Positions 25,718 through 38,871 of a stretch of DNA of 64,000 bases are shown piece after piece. A model generated the notes under the pieces. The model had not been told where the DNA came from and did not search any database. It saw only the letters and a program-made list of their open reading frames with translations. Source of the DNA: Penicillus capitatus (Eukaryota > Plantae > Chlorophyta); assembly GCA_965649825.1 (NCBI GenBank), contig OZ287695.1, positions 1,663,288-1,727,287 of the forward strand, in the 5' to 3' direction. A program made the position numbers and the translations under genes. How positions within the stretch are numbered: the first letter of the stretch is position 1; the number at the start of each line of letters is the position of its first letter.

Positions 25718-27388
25718 TCAATTTCCCCATGGCCTTCGACGTCGCAAGAAATCAGGTATCTGAACATTGCTGCCGCCTGTCCCTGTTTCCCGAGGCGTCG
25801 TGGCAGCTGGTTCCGTTTTCTCTGCGGATCGTTTCTTCTCTCCGCTGCTCACTGCTGATCGGCGATCCATGTAGGCACCCAAAGCTGTATTCTCTGTATC
25901 TGATCTGGCACCAAAACCTGTGGCGATGAGTGTGATGTTGACTTCTTGCTGCAGCGCCTTGTCCACCACTGCACCGAAGATCAGATTGGCACTGGGATCG
26001 ACCAAGTCATAGATGATCTCTGCCGCTTCGTTCACTTCGAAAAGCGTCATGTCCGATGGGCCAGTGATGTTCCATACGATGCCGGTGGCGCGTTCGATGC
26101 CGACATCCAGCAAAGGCGAAGAGATGGCATTCATAGCAGCATCGCGAGCTCGGCCCTTCCCTGTTCCCATTCCTTGGCCCATCAAAGACGATCCAGCATC
26201 TTGCATAATGGCTCGGACGTCTGCAAAGTCGACGTTGACCAATCCAGGAACGGTAATAATATCTGAGATCCCTTTGACGCCCTGCCTCAAAACGTCATCT
26301 GCCATTCGAAAGGCATCGGTCACTGGCATGTTTGGATCGACTGCCTTCAGCAATCTATCATTGGGAATGACAATCAAGGTATCCACAGCATTGCGCAGAT
26401 TCTCGATAGATTCTTGTGCCTAAAAACCGAATCCATAGAGACAATGGTATCTTCCTGTAGAGGAGGCATGGACGGACCTGCAACGATCGCATTCTGCCTT
26501 CGAACGAAAAGGGAGTCGTAACGATGGCGACCGTCAGAATGCCCATGCCCTTTGCTGTTGAGGCGACAACAGGTGCTGCTCCGCTTCCGGTACCGCCTCC
26601 CATTCCCGCCTAATAACGCATCTCACACGATCGATCCTCTGCCCATCCACACGCACCGTTACAAATACCATATCCGATCCCTGCAAGGCTTTCTCGATCA
26701 TGCCTTTGCTCTCATTTGCTGCTCTCTAAGGACAACAAACATCATCGCTCTGCATTAACCGTAAGTCATATGTGTGACCAGGCCGATTTCGGGATTGCCT
26801 CCAGCGCCTAATCCCCGCGTCAGTTTTGCTCCGATCTGCAACTTGTTCTCCGTTTCCACCGGAGACGAAACTAAAGCCTGGGATGACACATTTGCGTCAT
26901 CCTGTATCCTATAGGGTATGCTTCGTTCACTTGTGAATCTGTGTTGACGACAAAGAACTCGACGCCGCCCACATCGGACTGGATCATGCGATTGACGGCG
27001 TTTGATCCGCCTCCACCCACTCCTATGACCTGCATCAGCACACAGGACTCGTTCAGCGTCTTCCCTGTATCGTCTCGTTCACCTTGATCGTGGCTTTGTC
27101 TTCGACAATATCATAAGCACCGTCGCCACTTGACGCAAATTCCGTCCCGCCTGGACTTGACCGAAACGCGCCGTTGTTACCATAGGACGAAAGAATATCA
27201 GAAGGGCTCGAATAACCCGCGCGGACAGTGAAATTCATGCGCACGATGGTAGCTCGCTTTCCACGAAGGCGGCCAACGTGCTCAGCTGAATGCGGTTTCT
27301 TAAGACGACGGGCGCGTCCGACATGGGAATTCACTCCGGCTGATGGAGAAGCCGAGTGACCGACCACATCACTTAACTTCAATCGCAT
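25718..27388 (-). CDS. FTSZ2: Plastid division protein FtsZ, FtsZ2 type
   Basis: [37 protein letters not shown], and the C-terminal core motif VQIPDFLRR characteristic of FtsZ2; transit peptide. Confidence 0.96.
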
Positions 27389-27546
27389 GGCGCTACAACT
27401 CGACGACGATCCAGACGGCGGAACAAGGAAGGGCGCAAAAATGCGTTAACGCGCAAAACGAACGCAACCTCGTGTGCGGGCGTCGCATCATATGGCTCGC
27501 GCTAGATCTCATTATTGCCCTTAACAAAGCAGTTTGGACGACGAAA

Positions 27547-28228
27547 ATGCTTCAGCAGTGGGTTGCCCGTGGTCTGTCCTGCGCCTCGCGCGGTGCTCTG
27601 CGCTCACATGGCGTTCCTCGTGTTGTGTTCGGATCGCCGAGCTTAGCGCCTCGGCGTCGAGATCTGTCGGCTCAGGTTCAAGTGACCGATGTCGAGTCTG
27701 GCCGAGAAGTGAACGCCAAAGTGACGAAGCTCGCGGATGAGATCCTCGAGTTGAACCTTTTGGAGATTTCCGACCTCTCCAGCATACTGAAGGAACGGTT
27801 AGGTCTAGACGCAATACCTATGGGTGGCATGATGCCCATGGCGGCCGCCCCTGCTGCTGCCACGGCCGGAGAAGCGGCAGCAGAAGCACCTGTCGTCGAA
27901 GAGAAGACCTCCTTCGATATTAAACTCGAAAGCTACGACAAAGCGGCGAAGATTAAAGTCATCAAAGAGATTCGCACCATCACAGAACTTGGACTGAAGG
28001 AAGCCAAAGACATGGTAATCGGTTCTCGAATAAAACGCCTGACGATAAGGGGCGCGATGGCAATATTAGGTGGAGAAAGCGCCTGTCATGGTGAAGGAGA
28101 ACGTCGATAAGAAGACGGCTGAGGAGATCAAACAGCAATTGGAAGGAGGTCTGCTTGTCTTGTCATCGATCTGGATGCCTTACATCGATCCTGTTGTTTT
28201 AGTGGGTGCCGTGGTCGCACTGGAGTGA
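27547..28228 (+). CDS. MRPL12: Organellar (probably mitochondrial) ribosomal protein L7/L12
   Basis: KVTKLADEILELNLLE, FDIKLESYDKAAKIKVIKEIR, LGLKEAKD, spliced VEKAP, GAVVALE*. Confidence 0.92.
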
Positions 28229-28553
28229 AAGTGGCTTTCTGCTGGTCTGGAGAGAGAACGGTATATTGTCTATCTTGCCACAGACCTCGACGTTTTGTTA
28301 GACGCTGCAACGCGTTGTAATCCACAGAGAGTGATTTTGAATATGGCTCGCTTGTTGATGACGACGAAATTGATGTGACGTTGAACACGTCAGACGTCAA
28401 CGTCACGCATCGGTACTTTGAACGACGTCGTTGACCACGTCGCATCGTTTCATTTTCGCAACACCGCTAAACAAGAACGTCGATTGGTGCGTGATTTCCA
28501 CGGTCCGTGAAGGAATTGCCTGTCGTGTTAGCGTACTGCCACACAACGACGAC

Positions 28554-29940
28554 ATGGAATCGAGAACGATGGTATGCGACGTTGTCTTCGTGGGAGCGTC
28601 TTTGTCGAATCTACTCTCAGCCACGTCTCTCATCGAACGATTTGAAAACATTAGAATCAAGGTAAGGGGATAAGCACACGACCTCGATGCGTCACTTCTG
28701 TCAGCTTAGGTTCTAGAATCGACCGAAAATCGACTTCCAGTACCTTCCTCCGTCACGGTCCGTCGACGCTGTTTGACAGGTTCGTCTGTGACATATTTCT
28801 GAGGTGTGTACTGCAGGCGGTCTCTCCTGGTGCATGGAAAGAAATGACAGATCACTACGCCCACGTGACGAAAGAGGTTCTCAGACGGGGTCTGTTCTTG
28901 AATGGAGGGGGAGAAACTGTCATGGACAGAAGACAAAGCCTCACCGAGATGCAGACTATGACGACAGAGAGTCTCATAGATTTGCTGATTGCCTCTTTGC
29001 CTTCTCATGTCCTGTGCGACGGTCAAATCGTTCAGAATGTTTGTGAAACGGCAGATCTGGTGATTGCCGAGACACAGGTATGCCTCTCCATTTTCTCCGC
29101 CCTTATGGAGAGAGTGCGTTGTAGACGGGAGTCGTTTATGAAACAAAACTTCTTATCATGGACAAATCTGTTGCGGGAGAGGCAGCAGATAAGTCGCCCT
29201 TTCATTTTGCAGAGGTCACTTTTGCTGTAAAGAATTGCCGTTTGGCTTCTGGTTCCAGATGGAGCGGTAAGTGTGATGCAGGGTATGCGAGCGAGTACGT
29301 GATGGATATGTCTTTTCAGGAAGCGACGTGTACATCAGTCATGATGTGACGGATACAGGACTGCAAATTGTATCTTGTCTCTTGAGGATAGAAGATATAT
29401 CCATACACAGCATTCTAGAAAAGCTCTGTATGATACCAGAGCTGGAAGATGCGTTCTCCGGCGTAGAAGTGCAAATGCCATCGATCCGCCCCCTTTGCCG
29501 CTGCACCTGTGATACCATACACGGGAGAGTAGCGCCATCGAGCGAGCTCAGCTCATGTATTCCACATTTTTCGCCCCTCAAGATGGAATACGAGATCGAA
29601 GAAGCTTTGCACCTCAAGGAAGCGATTTTGCAAAGGGGTCTCACAGCTGCAGCTTTGTCCGACTGGAAACGCCGCCAGGCAATATCCACAAGAACACAGG
29701 TTTGATGCACTACCCCCCACACGGTCATCTTCCCATTCTCCCTATCTGCTGCAGTTTTTGAAGGAGGTCCATTCTCCAATGAAGCTTTTTTCTGTGGTGG
29801 AGGATGTGTTGAATAATGGCCACCGATCCAAAGCAGATGACTCTGGATGGACAAGAAATCGGGTCTATAGGAATGACATAGGAAAGCCACTCGTCTGCAG
29901 TCCAGTCAAGCGTTACACAGCTCTGATGTCAAACGACTGA
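28554..29940 (+). CDS. Orphan multi-exon protein of unknown function
   Basis: Chain of open segments bounded by clean GT/AG ~50-nt introns (e.g. 28664, 29079, 29700); TGTAA at 30053 downstream; no family recognised. Confidence 0.5.
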
Positions 29941-30099
29941 GAAGTTTTTAGCACTAGAGATGTGTCTTTTATCGCTGCTATCCTTCAGTGTCAATTATTC
30001 TTCACCTATTATCTCTCAGTTATGTTCTGGCTTTCGGTATCTACATTCTGTCTGTAAGTCATCCATCGCATTCCATTGCTGAAGTTATTAGCTTGTGTA

Positions 30100-32201
30100 T
30101 CATGGTTTTAATCCAATGACCTTTCCAAAAGGAATTCCCGCAATCGAGGTGCTTTTTATTTGCCAAAGTCTTTTCAGGCAATAGAGAAACGGATCTTTCA
30201 GCAGAAACTGCATGTCTTGCGGAATGGACTGCATTTTATAATGCCAGACACGAATCTGCCTTTTCCCTTTGCCGTTCACCACGAGAGTCCCGGAGCTTTC
30301 CCTCAGCGCCGAAACTGCGATAACGCCTGAAAAGATTTGAGCGAAATGATCATAAGAATTTAGTAGCGTACCAGGAAAGAGGGAAGGGATGAACAGACGA
30401 AGAACCAGAGGGATGCATGGATTGCAGATGAGCAGATGGATGAGACAAGCCAGAAGAGACCGCACGATGACGACGGTCAACTGGCATCCCAATGAAAAAC
30501 AAAAGAAGAGGAGTGACGTCGGCATCAAGGCCAACAGAGGTGTAAAGAGAAGAACGCCGACAATCAGATGCTCCATGAGCACTTCGTCATCCTAGACGAT
30601 CACTTGAGACAAAGCAGACAGCCGATGGACAGATAGACCTTTGATTTCTTGTCCTTGCCAAAATGTGAATGCACAGAAGCGGCAGGTATTGCGGATTTCT
30701 TTTTCGTATTTCTTTTGTCCTGTGAGAACTGACCTCTGAGCAGTTTCCATGTCAGGATCAGACACTTCAGATGAACGCATGTTATAGCGAGGAACCCTAC
30801 AATCGCACATGGCGGCTGTCTTATGTCCATTCGAATTGCAGATGAGAAACCTGTGTGGACGAGACTCAGTGGCAGATGAAAGATGTACAAGAGATCGCTG
30901 CCGATGGCCAACTGTGCGGAGACGCCAAGAAAAGTCGAAGAGATCCAAAAGAGCATCCACATATGTGCCAGCACTCTTAGCAGGACAGACTGATATACGT
31001 GCATGATTTCAGCCGTCCGATACAGACAGAGGCCATAGAAATCTGCCAGTGGTTTGTGCAGCTTTAGACCGGCTGGTGTGCCAGATAACCAGACGGACTG
31101 CGCCTTCAAGAAGTCACAAAACACACCGATAGATTCTGCCACACATACCTTCCGTTTAACAAACGCTATTCACTTTCTCACACAAACCTTGCAACATCGA
31201 AAAGATATGCTGGGATCGAGGTATGCTGTAGACAGCGATGGCAATGCCCAAGATCCACTGCAGAGCGGCAGCAATGATTGCGCGGACCACACAGATTGTG
31301 CTCTCGTTTAAAGAGACAACATCTTTCACGGCGCTTCTTTGCTGTTCATACCATCGAAAGGATTCTTTCCATCTCTGCATCAGCCTTCCTGCAGATCCGA
31401 AGCAACAGAGAAGCTACACGCATTTCATTGGCTCTTTCGTGGATCTACCTGTTTCGAAAGGATACGTCTGGAAGGCGGCATCCACATGCCCAGCGAAACA
31501 CCCACAGAAGAGAGACACGGCAATTCTTGACATGCGCCCTGAGCAACTCTGCTTTGAGCTTTGCATGCTCTGCTGGACGTCACATCCCTTGTGAATTGCC
31601 TCTACAGCAAAATCCATGACGGTTCTTAGTGTACCTAGCACAGAAGACAGACATTCTCGCACACAGTCTTGTCTCCATGACGTTCACCGTTTCCTGGGTT
31701 TGATGGAGACGGGTAATGCATCTGACCCGGCATCGCTGGTCTATAATGAAACACCTAAGCTCAACGCTGCACTTCAAGGGCTCCTTCCATAGCTTCCCTG
31801 TTGACTTTAACAGGTGTCATGCCGTCCCACTGGGCCACATCGATCGTATCGAGATGCAGTTCCGCTGCCCCGATCATCCATTTCATCCAGAACGACGAGG
31901 ATGGTGGTTTTGAAAGAGTATCCGTTTCTGAACAGCAGCATCCGACCCACTCTAATGAGATCTTTTCGTCTTCATCTTCACATCTGGTACATTCTTGAGC
32001 GATGTGATCCTTCAGCAGACTGTCATGCATGATTCTATCTTCCGTTCCACCGAGGACGATAACGGTCAGGTCTCCCTTCGGATTTCGGTACCGCTTGAGT
32101 CCATAGAGCCACTGGACGGTGTTCAGATTCCATGGCAGAAAAATCCGAATCTCTGTCAACGTATGCATCGGTACCAGAAAACGATGTACGTCGTCAATCA
32201 T
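30100..32201 (-). CDS. PIGQ: GPI-GlcNAc transferase subunit PIG-Q/GPI1
   Basis: WLSGTPAGLKLHKPLA, HLIVGVLLFTPLLALMPT, N-terminal RIFLPW..WLYG; several hydrophobic segments. Start is ATG 32201 or 32168. Confidence 0.85.
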
Positions 32202-32245
32202 GCCGTCCACGATCCGTACATGCACGTCCTTTATGAGCGACAGAG

Positions 32246-33212
32246 ATGTCAACCACCTGCATCTCTGTGAGAATAGGGGTCCTTGCGCTGCAGGGCGCCT
32301 TTCGTGAACATATTGCTTTGCTGAGGACGATTCCTGGTGTATATCCCGTCGAAGTTCGCACAGCTGTGGAGCTCTGCTCTGTGAGTGGACTCATCATACC
32401 GGGCGGCGAGAGCACCACCATCGCCTCGGTTGCTCAACGTTGGGGTCTCCTCGGCCCTCTCACAAACTTCGTACGATCTGGACGGCCCATTTGGGGAACA
32501 TGTGCTGGACTTATTCTTCTTGCTGAGAAAGCAGATGGTGATCCTTGTAACATCAGCTCTCTCAGGAGCATAGACTGTCAGCGCAGGTCTAAAGCAAGGG
32601 GGACAGGCATTGATCGGTGGTCTCGATGTCACCGTTGCTCGAAACTTCTTTGGCGCTCAGGTCGGCCACCCTTGAGGCATTCGTTATGGGCGATGGCTTT
32701 AGCAGGTGGAGAGCTTTGAGAATGAGATGCTTGCACCGCCTTGTCTCTCTGTATATGGCAGGTATGACGCAAATCTTGTTCCTTATTTGTACTTAATAGC
32801 ATGTCCATTTGTTTCAGTCAACCTTTTCGTGGCGTCTTTATTCGTGCCCCAGCGATTGTGGACGTTGGAAAGGACGTTGAGATTCTTTGTTCTTTGGAGT
32901 TGGATGATCGACAGCGACAAAAGAGTGAGAAAGATCATGTCGTTGTGGCTGTTCGATCGCAGTCTTGCCTTGCTACAGCCTTTCATCCCGAACTGACGGG
33001 AGACAATCGATGGTCACACTTTTCTCAATGGCATTTCATTTCTCACACATTTTACCTGTAGGCATCAACTCTTTGTCACCATGGTGTTGGAAGATGTTCA
33101 AAACAGCAACACCGTAGCCTCGACAGTGAGCACGGCGGCGCCGTCGAAATGCACGGTGCCTTCTGACTTACCTATCTATGGCAAGCATCACATGAGCTTC
33201 TCTCAGACATAG
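32246..33212 (+). CDS. PDX2: Pyridoxal 5'-phosphate synthase, glutaminase subunit
   Basis: [44 protein letters not shown]-terminal DLPIY. Confidence 0.96.
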
Positions 33213-33445
33213 TCCTCCCTGAAACGCTCGTCTAACATTCATTTCTTCGCTTCTGCGTTAAATTGAATCCCTTAAACTTTAAGAGACATTGAACTTTGTC
33301 GGTACATAAAGGAAACAGCGCAAAAGCAGGTGCCAATCATGGATTCATCTTAGAAATCGAGAAAAGGCAAATGATAAAAGCTCGCGACCACAGGCTCGTA
33401 ATGCGCTTAGTCCATGAAATAGAATGCCATGGTGCGTTCTTTCTT

Positions 33446-36400
33446 TCAGGAATTAAGACGCTTCGTCTCATCTCCAATAGGCTCATAAGGAACATTTCCA
33501 CCAGATGCACGATTTGCAGCTGGGGGCTGAGAATCCACAAAGCCGGGTGAGATGTATGCTTCTTCGGGATCGACAGCTGCCAGATCGTAACGATGATATG
33601 AGCGCCCGAATGCAGAATTGATGCGATCCTGAGCACCCTGCACAACAGTACGTACGCCAGGTGCATACTCATAGATCGTCTCGCGCTTTCTGTAAACAAT
33701 AAAGGCAAGGAAGGCGAGGAAGGCGAGCACGAAAAGGACAATGAAGAATGTGGCAACGCCGCTCTTTCCTTTCTTCTTGTGCGGCACATCTTCGGACTCC
33801 ACTTCTGTGTTTGTAAAGAGTCGAGCACTTGAGCTTTTTGCAGAGCTCTGGTCTTCTTTGGGGTCAGAATGAGATCTATCGGATTTGTCTTTATGCGTAG
33901 TGGCATGTCCATGCGTCGTCGAGTCTCCAGAATCCCATTTGTGTTGAGTACAGACGGATGGACTGGTGAGAGTACAGACATAGTCCTTCTCTATGCGGCA
34001 ATTGTCATCGCAGCCATCCCCATTGACGCGGTTTCCATCATCACAGAGCTCGGTTGCTTCCAGAATGCCATTGCCACAATGGTGCATCCAATTAGGCACG
34101 ACCCACTTTGGCTCCGACAGGATTCTGAGAGTATTTCCATGTCCCGTTTCGTCCCTGACCGTGTATCCACTTCCCTCATCGAATTTCCACCACGCCACAA
34201 GATTTGGATCCTTTTTGCTGATGTAGTCGCTTTCGACGCCAGATCCGACGTTCATGTCATGTGTCATCCCATCATAGATCTCTGCACTCGAGCGGGCAAC
34301 ACGCCAGATACGAACCTCTTCAATGAGCCCATAGAAGTCCTGGGGTCCGTACTCCAAATTCGTCACGGCCTGGACATCTCCCGTAGCACCGGGCGCAGAG
34401 TCGAAGCAGCCACCAAGGCAATCCTGCTCGCGTCCAATAACGAGGGTTCCTCCGGCAGGAATCTTCTTTCCTTTGGCCCGAGCAACACGCCACTGAGCGA
34501 TGCCGTTGTCATAGAACACGGCATTTCCCGTTTCGCTCTCCCAGGTGACAGCAATGTGATGCCACTTGCCATCCGTCGAAGAAAATCCTGCGTTGTGATC
34601 ATCTATCGTTCCTTCATCTTCCATCACTGAGATTCCCCAGTTGTTGTAATTGAAGATGAGGAAAGCGTTGTCATTGGACTGGTACTCTCCATGTGCATAG
34701 GAGAACGGCACACCTTCGCGACAGGCATCGATACTCCACATCCAAAACTCGACCGTAATGGCTTCCGATGGAAAATCATGGAAATTACGCAGCATCAGCA
34801 ATTGCTTATCGGTGAGTTCAAGGACGTAGCCCATGTATCCCGGTTTAGGAAGCTCTGCAGGGATACCGTCGGCATCCGACAGGGGTACAGTCGAGAACTG
34901 GAAGGCAGGTGCCACGGATCCAAGTTCGAGATAACGGTTGCCGTTGTCGTCCATGACACGCCGACCACGCTCGACGCTTCCGACGAATTGGGTTTCTTCG
35001 AAGATAAAATTCATGACCAGGCCATCCTTGTTGTCTGGCCTCTTCTCGAACATGTTCTTAACGATCTCACTCTTTGTGAGAACGCGATCCCATATACGGA
35101 CGTTTGCCATGGAGCCATCGTAAGACGAAGCTGGCGAGAAGCAGCCTGCAACGCATTCCTGGTTCTGACCCAGAACCAAAGATCCGACAGCGTCTCGAGA
35201 CGTCTTGGCTGCCAGTTTGTTTGAGACACCCCCATTTTTCGGATCTTCATCTGAGATTTGGCCGTTGGCCGCTCTCCAGAAAGGTTTCACACTTTCTCCA
35301 TCAAAGTAGAGATTCACTTCTCCTGAACTGTGCTTCCATGTCACAGCCAAATGATGCCACTCGTCGTCCGTCCTTAACACAACATCACTCGGTCGTATCA
35401 TGAATCATCCATCCATTGACAGGAACGTACCAATCCGTCGCAAAGTCTAACCAATTGTCGTTCGCTTTTCCGTTTCCTTGACGATTGGAATTGATATGGA
35501 CAGAGACAGAGCCCAAGGTATTGGTCTTGGCGTTCCTCAAGTACTGGGATTCGTTGTATTCCATCAAGTAACGTTCAATTCGAATGGCATCATCGATGAG
35601 CACCGAATCTGCAAAGCCTCCGTCGTTGTCCGTATGCCCATCACCCGGCTGAATGGTTGCATAAGATAAGAACTCGGCGTGCTGTTCACTGGACACTCCA
35701 TGGGAGCGAATTGGTCCACTTCGTGCCCAAAACTCAATCGTGATATCCTCCGAAGGCATGCCCATAATGTTGGGATTAAAGGCATGGTTGTTCTTGAAGG
35801 TCAATGCTCCCGTTTCCATGTGATTGTCTTTCTGTCGGATCATCACATCAGAGCGACTCGGAGGAACCAGCAAATCCAAATGGTTGCCCCGTCCACTGGA
35901 GTCCATCACCGTACCATACTGCTCAAATTCATCTGTTCCTGGATCATCAAATTTCCAGTAGGCGATGAGCGCGTCTCTGTTTGGCATTTCGCCCGTTGCT
36001 AGAAAAGGACTAACCGTTAACAGAAGGAAAGGTGCAAATTGCATCGTACATCTCATAGTGCTCACGATTTCGTCCTGTGAGCGGGCAACGTTCCATATTC
36101 TGACCTCATCCATGAGACCGTAGAATCCTTGTTTGGGATCTGTGCATCCTCCATAGCAATCCTGCTCACCTCCAAGCATAAAGGATCCTCCCGGCTGTAT
36201 CTGCTTGTCGCTTCCGGTCGTGGCGCGGCCAGCCAAACTGCCATCGATGTAGACAAGAGTTTCGCCATCCCTCTCCGAATCCCACGTCACTGCCAAATGG
36301 CGCCACTTACCTTCACGACGGACCAGTTTTCCTGTCGTGGGATTAAAATCCGTCTACAGACAGACATAGAGCGTAAGAGCCGTAGAGTCTGAGAGCAGAG

Positions 36401-37054
36401 GTGGACGGACGGCGGAATGGTTGTAGTGCCCGTGGCAACTCATGTGCAGAAAATCCGGAATCACATCAATGAACTCGAAATCGTGACAGGCAATGACATT
36501 CTTCACATCGAATATGACAAAATGATTGGCCGCTCTCGTAAGCTCGGCGATATCCTCTGAATCCGACTTCAGAGCATAAGACATGATGGCACCTCACACA
36601 TTCTCACACTTAATGGCGATTTCTCTTGAAGATAGCCTACCAGGATGGCAGAAATCTGTGGTGCTGATCCATGCTTCGAAAGTCATGGCCTTGGTCGGGA
36701 AATCCTATGGCAACGGTTATAATGGCGGCGGTCCGACGAGGCGCCGCCCCACCTTAAAATCGTTCTTAACGATGACGGTATCGTGGAAGACAAGGGCGTA
36801 GCCGGCTTTGCCTGGCACAGCGTTGTGATTCTGAGCGCCTTCGCCATAACCTGAACATTCACAGCTGTCAACGTGTAACCCTCGACACGCGTCGCATCGT
36901 CCGTATTTTGTTGTGCGGCCTCAGCACGGACACTTCGAGGCCGTTTTTTCGCAAACGTATCCATTATGTGGCTGTTCGACTCACCGCGATGCACCGCGAG
37001 GCTGAGGAAGACAAGGAGAACTGGAAACGTTCTCCAACGTGACCCGAATCTCAT
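33446..37054 (-). CDS. Type I membrane protein: signal peptide, three LamG/pentraxin-like domains, Myxococcus-type Cys-rich repeat, TM helix, cytosolic tail
   Basis: Three W.H(L/I)AVTW / LG.EQ(D/E)C.GGC repeats; CGNGILEATELCDDGNRVNGDGC; TM FFIVLFVLAFLAFLAFIVY. Confidence 0.88.
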
Positions 37055-37450
37055 GTTCGTTTTTTGCTGTCGATGAACAAACGACAACGCGTGTCGCACG
37101 GAGAACAGAAGAAAGAAACGCAAGTCACAACGACAAGACTGTGACTATTTCAAACGCGGACAGCACACCCACTGACGCGATGTCCGCTCATGACGTGACG
37201 ATCAGTCACATACTTCGTTGTATAAAATATTATCGCTAGTCAGAAGCAAACGAAAAAGTATGGAAGACTAACAGCGCCGGTTAGGAAAACACCTACTGAA
37301 ATAAACATCTCCACCAAATGGCGCCATGTCCATACAGACGCGCAAAAAACTGTACACACTGTTTGGAATACATAGAAGGGTGAGATGCTTACCAGCAATG
37401 TGACATTTCCATCACCCCTGTGGTCAGAAGATCTGCACAGCAGCGAGCAT

Positions 37451-38224
37451 CTACAAACAGATATAAGTCGTCGAAGAGAAGACGCTAAGAATGCAAAACA
37501 TGCCACTAAAGCCGCCGCAGCTGCGTGCAAACACCCGACGTACGTGGGTTGCAGATGGGCATGGTTCTGTAGGGTCGCATGTCTCGATTTCTTTCACATA
37601 GTTCTCCTCGTCTTCACTGGTTTCACCGATTCCGATGTCTGCATCCCTATGCCTCTTGACTCCATCCGTTTCCATACCTCCCATGTCGCTCTCGCCGCCC
37701 TCTTCGGCATCTCTGCCTCGATCATTCAATGCCGCGATGAACTCGGTCGTGACAAAGGGCCTGGTGTCAGGGACATCGTGAATGATGGCTGATGGGATGA
37801 CATTTTCGAGGGTAGCTTCTTGTGGGAATAGTCTCTTGACCGTGCTCCTCTCTTCCACGTCGTCCTCTGCTGTCGCTTCTCTTCTTTTGCCCTGAACGAC
37901 ATCTTCGATTCTTTGTTTCCGAATTCCACCGCGATCGATGTTCAATGCCTTGGCGACGGCGCCATTTTTTTGGAATGTTGAAAAGACAGGGCCCCTATCG
38001 TTCTGTTGCAGTGCTCGTCGAGGATGCCGCTGCCAAATGAAGTCGGGGCGTCTCTCTAACAGAGAGCTGGCGTGGCGAATGGCCGAAGGCTCAGGGATCA
38101 GCGAAGGATTTCTTAAAAGCTTTCGAGATTTTGAAGCTCCCGATATTCCTTGCGCTGATCCCAGGATAACGCATACCATCAGAAGAACGCGCCAATAGGG
38201 TTCCATTCCGCATAAACTCGCCAT
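37451..38224 (-). CDS. Putative secreted or membrane protein with an acidic region; 3' end uncertain
   Basis: Signal-peptide-like WRVLLMVCVILGSAQG, acidic stretch, hydrophobic C-terminal region; no family recognised. Confidence 0.5.
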   Translation of the reverse strand: MASLCGMEPYWRVLLMVCVILGSAQGISGASKSRKLLRNPSLIPEPSAIRHASSLLERRPDFIWQRHPRRALQQNDRGPVFSTFQKNGAVAKALNIDRGGIRKQRIEDVVQGKRREATAEDDVEERSTVKRLFPQEATLENVIPSAIIHDVPDTRPFVTTEFIAALNDRGRDAEEGGESDMGGMETDGVKRHRDADIGIGETSEDEENYVKEIETCDPTEPCPSATHVRRVFARSCGGFSGMFCILSVFSSTTYICL

Positions 38225-38871
38225 CGTATCATTGCGGTCTTAACAAGTAGCCGTCAAAGACGCGAGAGTGACGGGACGTGTCGGTAGAGCACTAGCTGGT
38301 AATGACTCTTTTTGCCACATAGATCGAATCCGTGTCCTTCTTGGATGATTTCCACCTACCGAAAGCCGATTCTTCGTGAGAAGAAACGACAGAGGGTCAA
38401 CAAACATAGACTGCTGAAAGGACACTGGAAGATTGGACAGTTCGACTTGGCTATATCGTCTGATTGCTGAGCGGGAATCGAGGAACGAGAGAGTGTCGTT
38501 GAAGTCTTGTTGCTCGCCGTGAAGTCATAGCAGGACACTTATGTACAACTGTCACTTGATGATCGCCAAAGTCAGCCGATTTTTATCGAAGAATGCATTC
38601 AGAGAGAAATACGTCGCTGCAACGTATTGGGTCATCCGTTCGCAGCAGCTCGATCGTCGTGATGAAAGTCTTGTTTCATGGTAGCATATGTTTTACAGCA
38701 TGCTATTCGATAAAGAACATCATCGTGTGAACGAAAGAGATGATCATACAACATAATATACTGAAAAACAAGTAAGATTCTTTACAGGCTAGAGGTTGAG
38801 TCACCATCGAAAGAAAAAAACAGAAGCAGTATCGACTCATGCATCTGGAGATAGATACACAGATATTCTGC

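Noticed and set aside
28844-29230. Recalled resemblance to DUF4708/C18orf63 (ETQVCLSI)
   Set aside because: Part of the match lies in a probable intron (CAG|GTATGC), and my recall of the family sequence cannot be verified.
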